Positions 35,445 through 50,289 of a DNA stretch of 64,000 nucleotides are shown here, one piece after another (positions within the stretch are counted from its first letter, which is position 1; each line of letters begins with the position of its first letter). The translations under genes and the position numbers were made by a program. The notes beneath the pieces were generated by a model. The model saw nothing but the letters and a program-made list of their open reading frames with translations. It did not search any database and had not been told where the DNA came from. The stretch is from Lama guanicoe (Eukaryota). Location: contig MU054187.1 of assembly GCA_013239625.1 (NCBI GenBank), positions 3,917,757 through 3,981,756 of the forward strand. The letters are read 5' to 3'.

Positions 35445-35570
35445 GACTGTGGTGAGACATGCCTGGACTCGAGAACTACAGAATTCCCAGTTCAAATCCC
35501 TGCTTACTACAAACTAGCTGTGTGATCCTTGGTAGATCCCTTGATTTCTCTGCGCGTCAGTTTCTTCCTT
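35445..35570 (+). mobile_element. MIR SINE
   Basis: gttcaaatccctgcttactacaaactagctgtgtgatccttgg...ctctgcgcgtcagtttcttc. Confidence 0.6.
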
Positions 35571-35571
35571 T

Positions 35572-37070
35572 TTTATATTTATTGTAGTAAGAGCACTTAA
35601 CTTGAGCTCTACCCTCAACCAATTTTTAAGAACATTTATTATTATCTACAGACACATTGTTGTGTTGCAGATCCCTAGAACTTATTCATCTTGCATAACT
35701 GAGATTTTGTCCAAGTTGATTAGCAGCTCCGCATTTCCCCCCTCCCCAGCCCTTGGAAAACATCGTTCTATTGCTTGCTTTTGTGAGTATGACTAGCTTT
35801 CTCAAGTGAGTGACATCATGCAGTATTTGTCCTGTGACTGGCTTATTTCACTTAGCTTAATGTCCTCAAAGGATCATCCATATTGTAGTGTATTGTGAGA
35901 TTTCCTTATTTTTTAAGGCCGAACAATATTCCACTGTATACCACATTTTTTTATCCGTTCATCCATCCATGGACATTGACGTTGTTTCTACAACTTGGCT
36001 GTTGTGATTAGAGCGGCAGTGAACATGAGAGTGCTAATATCTCTTCAAGAGCCTGGTTTCAATTGTTTTGGATACATACCTAGAAGTGGGGTTGCTGGAT
36101 CACGTGGTATTTCCATTTTCAATTTTTTGAGGAACTTCCATACTGTTTTCCATAGGTGCCATTTTGCATTCTCATCAGCAGAGTACCAGTATCTCAGTGT
36201 CTCTACATCCTCACCAACACTTGTTGTCTTTTGTTATATGTCTGATGAAAAACCATTCTAACAGGTGTGAAGCGATATCTCATTGTGGTTTTGATTTGCA
36301 CTTCTTTATGACTAGGGATGTTGAGCACATTTTAATATATCTGTTGCCTTTTTTTTTTTTTGAGGAAAGTCTATTCAAGTCTTTAGCCCATTTTAAAATC
36401 CAATTTTTATTTATTTTTTGCTACTGAGTTGTAGGAATTTCTTATTTATTTTAGAAATTAACCCCTTTTTCAGATATATGGTTAGTGACTGTTCTCTCCC
36501 ACTTTGTAGATTACACATTCACTCTGTTGGTCACTCTGTTGGTTGTTTCATTTGCTGTGTAGAAACTGTTTAGTTTGGTGTAGTCCCATTTTTTTTTTTC
36601 TTGTCTGTGCTTTTGGTGTCATATCTATGAAACCATCACCAAGACCAAGGTAATGACACTTTCCCCCTACGTTTTCTTCTAGAAGTTTTACAGTTTCGAG
36701 TCTTACATTTAATCTGTTTCATGTTGATTTTTGTGTATGATGTTAAGTAAGGATCCAATTTCACTCTTTCGCATGTGCATATCCAGTTTTCCCAACACCA
36801 CTTGTTGAAGAGACTATTTCCCATTATATATTCGTGGCATCCTTGTTGAAGGCAGTTGACCATGTATATGTGGATTCATTTCTTAGTTCCCTGTTCTGCT
36901 CCACTGGTCTATATATCTGTCTTTAGGCCAATATCATACTGTTTTAATTACTGTAGCTTCATAATGTGTTTTAAGACCAGAAAGTGTGATGTTCCTAGCT
37001 TTGTACTTCTTTTCCAAGATCGTTTTGACTATTTGGGGTCTTTTGCTCTTCCGTATGAAGTTTAGAATTG
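35572..37070 (-). mobile_element. L1MA/L1MB-type LINE, 3' 1.5 kb
   Basis: ORF 36636-36863 reads [31 protein letters not shown], matching the L1 ORF2 C-terminus; the 3'UTR follows toward 35572. Confidence 0.93.
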
Positions 37071-37188
37071 CTTTGCAGGTGAGCTGTCCCACAGGGATCA
37101 GTCATTTCCTGCCCAGGGACAGAGCTGAGGTTGGAAGTGGCTGCCCAGCGAGGGCCCATCCTCAGACTTTCTTCTTTCTAGTTTACAT

Positions 37189-37888
37189 TGATAACGAAAC
37201 AGAGGAGGACCCTATGGGGACTTCCCAGCACAGCTCTCCCACCCTCATGTCCTCTGCCTGCCTCTTGTTTGTAGAAAAAATTTAGTCAAAGAATAAGTTT
37301 AATCAGAGAAATAAGAAAATACAGAAACAAAGAGAAATAGTGAAGCAAAACAAAATAATAATAATTTAGTCATTAAACAAAGTCAAGGAATCTAGTTGCT
37401 ACTCAAGGACTATAGGTAACATTTTGAGCCGTATCCTTTGAGCTGTTTTGCAGATGCTGAAACCCCCTGCCAAGTGGAAGAAGTTAACTGCATGTTGACT
37501 AGACTGTAGTCATGACATGAGCTGCCCCAGTTCTAAGAACTGGCCTCAGAGAAATGGAAACAAACTGACCCTGGAACAGAAAATTAACTGTACTTAAAGC
37601 AATCAGGCTGATGCTGATCAGACCACAGCATGACTAATCTGAAGATGATTGTCAGAGCTGACTGTGCTGTTCTGCACGGAGCCCCCTCCCTCCACCTGTG
37701 CACCCCAGACACTCCCCTTTAGAAGCTCTTGCCCACTGACTGGCAGTGGGGAATTGGCCTTCAATGCAAGTCTGCCTTCTCCCCTGGTTGCCAGCCTCTG
37801 GAATAAAGCAAACTTTCCTTTCAACCAACACTTCCCTCTTGAGTGTTGGCTTTCAAGCAGTGCGTAGCTGGACCTGAGTATCAGTAAA
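37189..37888 (+). mobile_element. ERV1 solo LTR (MER34/MER39/LTR39-related)
   Basis: TG start, gagctgttttgcagatgctgaaacccc, ggttgccagcctctggaataaagcaaactttcctttc (AATAAA at 37802), ggctttcaagcagtgcgtagctggacctga...cagtaa end. Confidence 0.85.
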
Positions 37889-40169
37889 GCTGTCAGAGCA
37901 GATTGTTCTCTGTACATTCAAGCTGAGGTTGTGGAAATTCCCAGTTCTCTCTCCACTCTTTCTTTTCTCATTTGACAATTAGATGTTGATATTCAGGATG
38001 ATTTTGGAAACAATGTCTTGAAGATGACAGAGCTTCCATCATACCCAAAGATAAATGGGTTTCTTCTTGAAACTCATTGGGACTAATTAGCAAACTCTGT
38101 AATTCCAGTCTCAACCCCTACCCTTGTTGCTGCCCGAGTGCCAGTCCTTGTCCAGGGACCAGTGGTGGGGAGCAGCGTCTGTTTCCAGGGAAACTGTGAC
38201 TGGGCAGCTGCTACAGGTGAATGGGTGGGGGTGTCAGTCGGGGGGAGGGAGGTCACTGGACCAAAGGTGGATTAGCTCAATCCACTCAATTTATTGTAAA
38301 CCAATTACTTTGTAAACAAAGAATTTGACATTGTAGAGTTTCTTACATCAGTCTTAGGACTTGGGTAATGGGATTCCACTCCTGACAGAGTAACACTTTC
38401 TCAATGTGTTAAAAACATCAGATTTCTGAGTCTGCAGATTGAGAGCCACACCTAGACAGTGACAGTTTCCGCTGGGACAGTGTGTTATGTGTTACTTGAG
38501 TATCAAAGTTTAAAGTGAGAACTGTGAAAATAGTGTGGTTGTTTGTATAAAACTTCAAATTTAAGCATAACTAAAAAGGTGGATTGAAAAACAGCCTGTC
38601 ACAAAATACCTGGGTGCTCAAACCATTGTCTCCTTAAAATAACTATCAACTCCTTTGCGGTAAACAGGAGGTGAGTGGAGAATTCTAAAATGCCCTGTTG
38701 CCTGTGGCTTATTTTCCATTCTTTTGTAATATTTTGTGTCTATTACCTTGTTTTTTAGAAGATTTAGATGGTAGGGTTTTACCTAAAAGACATCCCATAA
38801 ATTGAATGCTCATATGATGCATCTCCACTGAAATGAAGCCTTGTAAATGCTTTTGGAAAATATAAGTTTTTCCAAAAACTGGTACAGTGAGCAATTGAAA
38901 TAATGCCTAGTTCCAAGCATTTTGTAAACTAGAAAGCACTAAGGAAATGGAAAGTATTATAGTAAAGTAGGGTATTTTTATCTTTTTATATAAAATGGTT
39001 ATTAAACCCTGAAGATGTAAAGCTGTGGGTCCATCATGTAATGATACAAGAACTCTGTTTATTTTTGCTTTAAACTAATTAGCCCATTTACTTTGTGTTT
39101 AAATATATAATAGCGTGCCCTCCTGAACACCCCCTCACAACACCCCCCCCAAAGGGGGTAATCATGCTGCTAAATGCTAAGAGTCCAAAACAATCATCGT
39201 CAAAACAACTTAAGATGCCTTGGCTGCCAATTCCGTTCCATATTCACTAAAGAAAGGGGCTACATGTCTAGTTTTCTAAAGCGACCATGAAAATTAGCTA
39301 TTAGTAACATCTGCAGCAAAATCATGATTTAACCTCGAGTCTAGATTCTGGGGAATTCAAAGAAATAATTGGACGTAAGGCAAGTGCTTTAGGTAGAGCC
39401 CGCAGAAGCAGTGGGCACAGTGGTAGCAGGTGCAATGATTTCGCTGTGTGCAGACTTTTGACGCTGGAGTTGCCGAGGGGCAGCTGTTTGCACCGTGCAT
39501 TCTGCAAGCTGACTGTAGGCGTAGCCAGAGGTGGTCATTGCTGTTGTCGAAAACTGCAAGTATTTTGAGATTTTTGTTCTTATTTAAACAAAAATGTTCC
39601 TGTGTAGGTGGGAGACCAAATATTGTGAAGCAGTTGAAACTGGATAGGGCAGCTGTTAGTGACCGACACTGTTTTGTGGTGGTTTACAGTTTATTTTAGT
39701 GCATTTACACACGTTCTGTACTTTCATTTTGAAGATAAATAAAATAAATTTGAACTATTTATTTAACTGTGTGGTTTTTAAACCCTAACACATAAAAATA
39801 TAAATTATATTGAAATGATAGATTATAGATTATATTAAAATTAGATTAGTTTTTACTAATTCAGTTATTTTTTTTACGGTTGACAAACACATATACTTTA
39901 AGTCATGTAAATCTGTTTTTAGTCACTAGGTAAGGAAACACAGAGGACATTGTATACATTCCACATGTCCTTCCTTGTCATACCCAGAGTCACCTTCTAA
40001 CACCTAGGGTCCTTGAGTCCTTTGATGAGGGTCTGCCTTCAGAGGAACCCAAACTGACATGGTCACTATACCAATTACCACTGAAGATAAAGGGGCTTGA
40101 AAATATTTCATTATGAGCAAAATCCACATTGCACTAATACATATATTTTGATGGGATTTTCCAGTACTT

Positions 40170-40345
40170 TGTCACGTTTATATAGTGCTTTGTGGTTACT
40201 TACAAGCCTTCAGACATATTATTTAATTTGGTCCTCAGAGGCTAGCAGTACATGCAGTGATTATTTTACACATAAACAAACAGGTTCAGAGGGACAGATG
40301 ACTTGCCTAAAGTCACAGAGAAGATCTAGAAAAAAATTCAAGTTT
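40170..40345 (-). mobile_element. MIR SINE
   Basis: attttacacataaacaaacaggttcagagggacagatgacttgcctaaagtcacag. Confidence 0.55.
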
Positions 40346-41559
40346 CTGTTTGCTGTGTGACCGCATGAAGTGCTGCTCTGCAGTCAGGTCACTTGTCTTT
40401 TATTGTCAAATTTATGGAGAGAGAATTTTACTAATTTTAATTTAATTGTACCTGTTGTCATTATACTGGGTTTCTAGTTGTAGGCCTCTGAAATGGTAAC
40501 ACACTTCTTTCCCACTCTTTCCCATGGGGAATATCAATGCACCATTTGCCTTCGTGACTTGCAGCTCTGGCCCAGGCCTGTGCACATCAAGGGAGTGATG
40601 CAACCCGAAGGTGAGGGATGTGATCCCTGGAAACAGCACATTCACTGGGAAACTGTCGTGTGATGACTCTCTTCCCTCTTGTTCCCAAAGCAGCCCTCCA
40701 GGAGCGATGGGGATGGGGGTGGATGGGGTGGGAGTTGGAGAGAATTAGGTTTAGCAGAAAAGCAGATCTTGGGTGATTCACTTCGGATTGCCTATGAAGA
40801 CTGTCATCTCACAAGACAGCCTCTTCCCATAAGCCTCCTCAACCCACTCTGCAGGATATTAAAGGAAAAATTCCTCCAAGATAAATACTTCATCTCTGAA
40901 CAAAGCGGAGCAGTGACCTTACTGAAAAGGCTAACTCATCGGGTCTGCAGTTCTTAATGCTGAAGCCCTAAGTTAAAACTAAGATGAAATTCTCAATACT
41001 TTCCTAAACAAATAGGAGATAAAATCGCGCAGCTAGGCTAGAAGTGCCTATTGTTTGCATTTGTATATGTTAGTGCATAAAGCTTTCGTTCTGTGTATGT
41101 CCACGCATATATAACAACAGGATTTATCCTTAGCTTTACATGAGTGTGCAGCTCAACTGAATGCCTTCCGTTTTTATAAGGCACTTTGTTTTAAGGATAG
41201 CTTTAGAAGCCTCTGAAAATAAATGAAGATAGTCAGTGATGACAATGTTTCCAAAATGGAGACAAATGTTATTCCTAAACCTCTAGAATATGTACTTTGC
41301 TAGTTTGATCTAAGTTGCCCTTTGGGTTTTGTAATGAGGAGTCAATACAAACTGCAGGGAACACAACAGTAACGTATCGTCTGCTCCAAGAAAGAGTAAA
41401 ATTTAAATGTCAATCTCTTTATTAAGCAGAACTTGTATCAGGAATCTTGTAAATTTTTGTTGAACTCTTTCTGGGATAAATTTGTCTTTATCTTCCATGG
41501 GTCGTGAAGGCTACCTGTACCTTTTTTTTTTTAAACACAAAAATATTTATCTACTTATT

Positions 41560-41860
41560 ATTTTAAAAATAGTTTTTACAATTCAGGTATAAATGACATG
41601 TAACATTACATTAGTTTCAGGGATGCAACTTAACGATTCACTACTTGTACACACTGCGAAATGTGTCAGGGTAACAAGAAGTCTAGGTAACATCAGGCAT
41701 CATACATGGTTACAATTTTTGTTCTGCGATTAGAACTTTTAAGATCTACTCTCCAGTGGCTTTCAAATAGGTGACAGAGTATTGTTAACTGTAGTCACCA
41801 TGCTGTGTATTCCTTCCCCAGGGCTCATTGGTTTTATGACCAAAATGCCTGTACTTTTGT
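41560..41860 (-). mobile_element. Laurasiatherian L1 3' end
   Basis: aacattacattagtttcagg, agaacttttaagatctactctc, gtattgttaactgtagtcaccatgctgt. Confidence 0.75.
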
Positions 41861-44049
41861 CTTTTAATTTTTATCTAGTATTATAATCAAATCAGGAGTA
41901 GCTCCCTTTCTGTTTCTCAGCATTTGACTCCTACAGGATCTCGCTTTATTTTCTAATGATTGTTTTTGTAGAAATTAATGAAAAACTACAGTTGTCCATT
42001 TTAAGCTGACTTTTGATATAAACCCATCTTAACGTAGCAAGTTGGCACAAGCATGCACTTGACTCAGACACTTCCGATGACATACACTGAAGAGTGAATC
42101 AAACATTTACTTTCAGTTTTACTAATCCAGGTAATTGCTTTCTGGATTCAGATAATTAATTTCTAAAATTAATTTTGTGTGACTAGAAATAACCTTCTTG
42201 AAGAAAATGCAAACATTCTCTTTCAGTTCTTGTATATGCCTTGGCTAAATGATTCAGCTGCTTCGTGATCCAAGTACAGATTGTGTAAATTCCATTTCAA
42301 AGAAGGAGGATTCTACAATTCGAGCTGCTGGGTTGGGAGCTGAATTCATTTTCATATATCCAGCGTTTCATTCTGAACTTTGGATATGGTCATTTTAGGC
42401 CTGCACTGACATAAATTTAATCATTAACACAGAGAAAAATACTTGGCTGTTTTTCAAAAGTCATTTAAAAATTGTTTCTTGTTTTTGTTGTTTGTGTTTG
42501 GTTAGGAATATGGACGAGGTAATGTATTAGGACTTTGATTTCCATCAGTTGGAAGAAAAGACTAGTTTGAAGGAGGTTCTTGTTTCTGGGGAACATAAAG
42601 AAAAAAAGGAATGTTTTAATGGAAAACTTCCAATCTCCTCTTCTTTTAATCCAGAGTCAGGCAACACTTCTAAAAATAAGATCAGATTTGACACGTATAG
42701 TAGTGCAGGGGAAAGAGAGCTGAACTAAACTTGGGCTCGAGATCTAACAAAAGTCAGAGTGGAAAACATACTTTTTCCAGATGAAGAAAATGGACAGTTT
42801 GCATTTACATTGATACTTAACTCAGAAATTAATTAAATGCTTTTATTTTTGATGTTTTCTAGCACTCAGAAAACTTGAGTGAATCTTGTAGGTCTAAGTT
42901 GCTTTTTATATACACAGGAGTAGAATGACTTGAAATTTTAACTTTAAGGGTCTGGGGTAGTCCTACAATTCCTTTCTCTCCAGACTCTTCACTGGCTGTG
43001 AGGCTTCAGCTCAGCGATGCTTCCATTCACTTGGAATATTTTCACAGGATCTAATTTTTATTTCTAATACTATCTGTTTGACTTAGGCTTTGGAAAAATC
43101 CCACTTTTGTATTTGGGACAGACAGATTATTCTTACAAAACAAGAAGTTTAAAATTTCATCTTCTGATCGACAGGAAGTCTTGGAACAAAAGAATTAACA
43201 CTGATTTGCCAGCATGAGTGCAAAAGTCTCCAAGGACATCTTCTTTGGAGAAAATACATTTCAATCAAACTGACTGTTCTGCTAAGTAAGGAGTGAGTTC
43301 TTTTAGCTTTTATTATACTCCGAGTTTAGTTTCTTAGAGGAATCACTGGAGACAAGCGGGCTGTCATTTTTTGTGGTCTAATATTTGCATGATAATGATG
43401 AAACAGCCTTTTTAATGTTTAAGGATATGTCTCCGACCTCTTAGCCAAGTTTTAGGAGAGAGCAAAGCTTTGCATCGCCTGGGGTGTCTAAAGCAACTTC
43501 CAATTGAGAACACTAATTTGAAATTTGTGCCAGCGTTGCCACTGACTAGCCTCGGGATGCTGGGCAGTAATTTAACTCTGCCAGAGCTCTGCTTCGTCAT
43601 CTATTATGTGATGAGGGCTGAGTTCTGTTCTTCCCGGTGCATCTCATCTGCAACAGCCTCACCTCCACGATGAATTTTTCAAACATAAAAAAGCCAATAC
43701 CTGCACAATCCAGGGGCATTGCTGTCAGATCCCTCAACATTTTTCAGATAAAGACTTTGAATTCTATATTTGAATCAGATGTGAAAAATATTAGCCATGA
43801 CTTACCAGGCAGTGTAATTTTTTCCTCTTACTGACTAATCCCTCAGGAAATGAAATTGACATAATAGGGTCCAAGTCATCTGTAACGTTGGATCCAGCAA
43901 TAGCTTCAGAAGGTTGTCGCAGTAGGAGCTGTTTGGAGGCAGCAACCAAGACCGTGGAAACGATGGAGGCAAAGTGAAAAATAGAGAAAGTTTCTTAAAC
44001 GAGACACAGTCACAGGAAGAAGACTGATAATTAGCCCTACATTAAAAAC

Positions 44050-45215
44050 AGAAACTACTGTACGACAAAAGGTGTGATTTTTGCAATGAATGCAACCCTA
44101 TAAATGAGCAGTATATGTGTGTATGTGGGCATGTATCGTTTATGTAAATCTCTATAGAAAAATGAGTGAAATATGCTTGAAAAGTAATTTGAAAATATAA
44201 GACATAGAAATGGTCATTAAATATGTAAAAATGTTCCAATTTTGGTAACCAAATAATCACAAGTTCATATTTCAGAGACGCCATCTTTCACCTCTTAGAC
44301 TGGCAGGTTTTCGAAAGAATGATTATCCTCAGAGTTACTGTAGAAGTGGAAAAACAAACTCCTGCTGGGGCTTGAAATTGGCCCAGTGTTTCTTGGGGGT
44401 CACTTATATAAATATATTCTATTCAACACAGTAAATTATTTATGTACATTATCAAGTTTGAAAAAGCTATGGGTCATAGTAGAGGCTATGACAGGGTATT
44501 TGGGAAAAAAAGAAAAAGAAAAAAGACTCAAATTTGTTTGCTATAGTTGAATAGAAAAAAGACTGAAGGTCTGCAAGCTGAAGTGATGTGACCAGTTACC
44601 ACTGGGTTTTAAAATTATGATTATTTTAACATTTTTGTATCATCTAACTGTTCTGCAACAAATGTGCACTCTTTGTGAAATAGAGAAAGTAAATATAGTT
44701 AACTACCCTTAAAGATGAAAAATAAGGTTAGTGTTTATACCATTTATCACTGTAATTCCACTTTTAATAACGTTCATAAGAAAATAATGGGATATGTGGA
44801 AAACATTTTATGCAGTGGTGTTTATCATGGTGTTATTTAAAATAGAAAAAAATATGAAAATTTGAATGTCCAATGAGGAATGATTAATAAGCCATGTTAC
44901 CTCCATGCAATGGAAATACTATTTTTTATTAATACAAGAAAATACTAGTATGTCTTGGAGTAAATGGAATATAGTAAAACCCAGTGATAAACAACAAAAA
45001 GCACTTAGGCACACAAAGGCAGAAAATGACGGGGCAGGAACACACACAGTGTTTCTCTCCCTGTCTCTCACACACACACGCACACAGCCCTGCCTGCTTT
45101 CCTCTAAATACACCTATGCAGACAGACCTTGGTGGGGATTATGAATGGTTTTAATTTTCTTTTTTTATATGTTTGCATTTTCTAAATTCTCCACATTGAA
45201 CATCTATCGCTTTTA
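44050..45215 (+). mobile_element. Fragmented old L1ME-type 3' regions
   Basis: ccatctttcacctcttagactggca, tttgaatgtccaat, ccatgcaatggaaatactat, ggtggggattatgaatggttttaattttct. Confidence 0.55.
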
Positions 45216-48200
45216 AAACACCCCAGGCCACGCTGGAATGCCCTTAATTCCTGACGGAGGCTCAGCGGCGTTAAGCAAAGAAAAGGACACCGTTACACGA
45301 AGTCGCTACTGTTCAGTTATCTCACTTTCTTCTCCCTCCAAGGTCCACACTGGCAGCGCGCCCTCCCTCCTCTGGCTCTTTTGCTTTCCCCTTTTCTCTC
45401 TCTCTCTCCGCCACCCGCTAAACTTCAGCACAGGCCACGTTGCTTAGGAATTGGGTTTTAGATCTATTTTCATGGGGGGCTAAGCAAATATTTCTCCGTG
45501 ATTATCACCTCACAAAGGCTGTGGTCACCAGAACGCCAGGCGAAGAGGGGACGCTGAGAGGGCAGCCAGGAGGCCTGGGGTCGCCCAGGGCGCCTCTCAG
45601 AGGTCAGAGGGTGGAAACTGCCCCAGGGGAGAGATGGCTTTGTTTCTTTGCACATGCCCTAGTTTTTAAATTAAAAGTAGGCTTCACACCTTTTCAGGAA
45701 TTGTTTCCCACAAATGTTGCGCACAGTTTTCATGGGGGATTGTTTTTTTAAGCACTCGTCTGTAATAATATTACCCCTGGGTCGCCTCTCTTTTTCCCTG
45801 GGTTTGGGGTAACGGCAATATCTTTCCGGACCCAGTGCCTAAGCCAGAATTGAATAAAGATTTCATTTTAGCGCCACCTAACTATGGCAGGGTTATATGT
45901 TTTCAACGTGTTCTTGAAATACTGGTTATTTTATACACATCAAAACCTCATTTTTTGAGACAAGCTTTCATTTACCAATATAACATTTTACTAGAGTATA
46001 CTTTTATTACACTGGAAGCAAAATGTCATCGTTTCTGGGTCGAACATGGAAAATTTTCCACCATTGCTATCTGTAAAGCAAACACCTAGTAAAAATACCC
46101 TTTTATTAGATTAATCACGTACAAACTGGAAAATGAGAAAAGAAAAAGAATTCCCCCAAGTTTCACTCCCCCCCCACCATTTAGGAGCAAATGAACATTC
46201 ATCCATTTCTTTCTTTTCCAAACACAATTTCTTTCTGCATTGGAGTTTGCTTTTTTAAAATCAGAGGTGAAGGAAAAAATGGTGATTTTTTTTAAACAAA
46301 ATTACATCAAGAATTCAAAATATCTGCTTGATTTATAGCATTTATATAAAAACTTGAATTTAGTACATGACAGGAATACAGGCTCATCATTTTCTAACAC
46401 GTAAACTTTAGTTTAACCAAGAAAGCCATTTTTTAAATACGTTCAAAGGAGTAAGGTTTTAGGCTCACGCTTAAACTTTTAATGCTGGATTTTGATACAT
46501 GCCTCAGCTGTGATGCTCAAGAACATCCCACAGCAAGTCATGTCTCCCTCCGCTGTTGGGCCCATGTGTGATTTGTATCTTCAATTTCATGTTTCCCAAA
46601 TTGTCTGTTATAAGTATGTTTTACCTTTACAATAGAAAAAAATGACCACCTTTTATTTCTCCTGTTTCAAACGTTTTTGTTTGAGGTAGAGAAAATCACT
46701 ATTTTCCATAAAATAATTTTTGTATTTTTTTAAGTTGTCCTTTGAAATGTATCCGTTCATTCTAATTGGCCAAGAATTCTCTTTAAGTACACAGTTACTT
46801 ATTGCATCAATTGTGTCACTGTTTGTCACTATTAACACACAAAGTTTTTTTTTTTCCCCTAATTTGGCCATTATTCTGTAGTAACTTTTAGGTAGTAATT
46901 TATGTACTATTTCTATTTTTTATAATTTGTTTTTGACTTTTCCCCTGAGTTGTATTTCTTTAATTTTTCCTCTTTTAAAGAATTCGTGGCTTCACAATCT
47001 TGTTAAAATCATAGCACAAAGTTCACAGAAGTTATCCTATGCACTCTCCATAGATATTTAATTGTGTCTTGCATTGTTACTTCCAGTTTTGTAAAAAGAT
47101 ATTTAACTGATACAAGATCCTAATATACACAATGTAAAATTCTCTAACATCTGTTTACACAATAGTTTAAATAGTTTTATGTAAAACAATTTAATGTAAT
47201 TATGTAAATAATTAATTTATGTAAATTAGTGAGCGGTGCCTGGGTCCCGCTGACCAACAGCTCTGTTTTCCAGCGCACTCTGCTGATGCTGACAGCATCC
47301 TGCATCCTTGAGGGGCAGTTGCTCTCTGCTATGCCTGTGCCCTTGGACTTTCACTGGCCAGTTACCTGTCCAGGTGTGTTGGGGAAGTCCACTGCCACGT
47401 GCTTGGGATTTCCTCAGAGCTGAGTTTATCATGGGACTTTTATTTTGTAAACCTTGTAGACACTTTTCGCTTGGACTGAATGGATATTTCAGAGTGTGTG
47501 TTTCACCATCCCTCCGACCCACGCTGGGCCGAGACAGAAGTGCGGCCTTGACTTCACAGGCCCCCGTCGGAGTTGCCCTCCTTTGCTGCCTGACCTCATC
47601 CGGAAGCTACAGAGTAACAGACATTTCACAGCCTAGGAGCCTTCCCTGCATGCAGTAGGGCACTTCGTGACAACCTGTAGGCACAGGTGACTTAAAAAAT
47701 CATTGTTACGGTTAAACGTTTGTGCTGTTTATTCAGCATTTCAGAGTTGTGGGAGTGTGGCAGGGCGAGGGGACTGCCATCAGTTACTTAAGAATGACTT
47801 GGCAGGGGAGCTTGCCAGGAGTCTGCTGCTCTTTCGGGATAAGCTCACGCCTTGCGTTTGCATAGTGCTTTGTATTTCCCAAGGTGTTTTCGTATGCACC
47901 ATTTCATCCTTGCTTTCCTACCCGCCTATTATAATAAATAAACTATAAATAGTGGAGCAAGAGCGTTTTTATCCTAAATAGAAGTAGGGACACTGACTGT
48001 CTTGTTCACATTGTATCCCCGGTACCTGGGACAGCTCTCGGCACACACTGACTTTCCCGCGGTGTCTGCTGAATGAAGGAACAATGGAAACAGTTGGGCA
48101 GGACCAGCGCCCCCCTCCACTCACCCAGGGATTCAGATTCTTGCTTCAGAATTTTTTCCTTTATTTCGCTAACCTTATTTCTTAGAATGAAAGGTTAAAC

Positions 48201-50289
48201 AAGCAACAAAAGGTATTCAGGGAAATATTCTGTGTTTTGAAAACTTTAATTGAAAAAGCGACCATTCCTGTATGTGTGAACTCGGCCATGGGTCGGTTCA
48301 TGGTGCATGTTTTATTAAAGTCTGTTGCTAGGCACAGATTCGGTGATGTCAACACAGGTCTAGAGAAACCAAAGGAAAGATCTGATGCCCAGGGACATAA
48401 AAAGCTAGTTATGAACCCCTTATTCACTCATCTACCCAGCCCTGAAAATAGATCACTGACTAAATAAACCAAAAGTACGGACAGTCTGGAATGACTACTT
48501 ACCTAACTGATCCTTGCCAGTTTATCACTTTGTTTATACTCCAGAGCGTCATGGACAAATATATATGCTAATAAAGCCAACGCTTCTATTTAAGACTACA
48601 AAAATTCTACAACCGAAAAAGCTTCATCTCTTCATATTTGCCTCAGAAGGAAAGGTGAATAATGTATTTGGAATCAGTAAATGGGAAATCGTTTTTCAGG
48701 TTGAAGTAACTAACTCTGGTAGAATGTTTGAATTGAACAGACCTCTTTATCAACATAATTCACTTGAAGCTCCTCGGGGCTGAGCTGCGCTCGGCGGTTC
48801 GCTCAGAATCGATTGAGCTGTCACCGCAGGAGCAGGGGGTGCGTATCTGCAGGTGCCGACCAACTCTCTCCCCCCAAAAGCAGCCCGAAAGTATCCTATA
48901 ATTGCCTGTTGCACACAAGACAAAAGAGTTGACAAAGAAGCCATTAGAAATATAAGATAATAAATGCTGCAGTAAAAATGAATGGATGCGAAACATTTTT
49001 CTCTATTTCAGAGCCAACTGCTGCTATAAATTATGAAATTTCCTTGTTCCTGAAATGAAGGGGCGAGAGCTTCATGAAGTGCCCCCCCTTTAACTCTTTG
49101 TCACTGGTGCTTATAGATCTTTAAATCATCCTGACAAATATTAAACGTGAAGGCTCTTTCAGGACTTTAATAATAAATGTTTATGAAACATAAAAACCCA
49201 TTTCTGTCTGAAATCAGAGAAAATAATGACGGCAGTCTTTCATGCTTTGTGGCACCAGGAAATAGTTGTATATACAAACAAGAAAATGTCTCATTTTCTC
49301 TCTTCTCTTTTCATTAGGAGGAAATTCTTTAGAGAAGTAACAGAATGTTGTCTTGGACAGTGCTTCTGTCATTCTGTCTGTTTATCAGGGAAACAATGTT
49401 ACCTTTGAAAGCCATCTGTGGAGATGGGAAGGAGTGTCTTCCACTGGGTTATGTCCAGAATCTAACCAGTTTCTCTTTGTTATTAATTGAAGCAATTATT
49501 GAGAACGAACACCTTTTTATAATTTCAGTTGCCAAAACTTTGTTTTAAGTTTATGTCTAGTTAAAATAGAAAGAATAACAGAAGAAATTTCTATTCTGCA
49601 TACTTGTTTTTTTTTGTTTGTTTGTTTTTACTGCTAACTTTTCATTAAAAATGCACTGTTTCTTGCCACCTGATAAACTAGAGAAGTCTGGAAAGGAAAA
49701 GTATTGTTATAAATCTATATAAATTGTACAGTTTCAGTAATGGTGTCTGGTACTTCAAATTGAGGAACCTGAAAAAATATTATTACTGTGGCTCTGAAGA
49801 ACATATACTCTGCAGGAAATCTATTAAAAAGAATTCACAGTGTGCACAATTCCAAGAAAGGAAGGGAGGAAACAAGGAAGGAAAGAAGGAAGGTAGGAAG
49901 GGGTGGGAGGAAAGGAGGAGGAAGTTCAGTCGATTTTTCAGCTCCAGAAAATGTAATGCAAAAGAAAATCAATTTTTTTTTGGCTGAAGAGGAAAAAGGT
50001 TATAGCTCCATGAAAATTATTATTTGTTTTTCTTTGTTTAGGTCTTTTTTTTATTTAGCTTTTTAAAGCAGAAGCCATTTAGATCATTAGGGCTAGTTCC
50101 TGATAATTCATGAAGGCAGTAAGATCACTGGTAGATACCTTTTGTCAACATAAAACATAGGAGTGTGTGCTTAGAGATGGAGTTATAAAAGTTTATGCAT
50201 TTATTTGATGTTTGTTTTTAGATATATAACCTACTTCTTCCTTTGTATTTTTCTTACATAATGTGAATCAAGACTGTGAAGGAAAAAGA

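Noticed and set aside
39221..39231. TTGGC-T-GCCAA palindrome as an NFI site
   Set aside because: The full NFI site needs a 5-bp spacer; here it is 1 bp.
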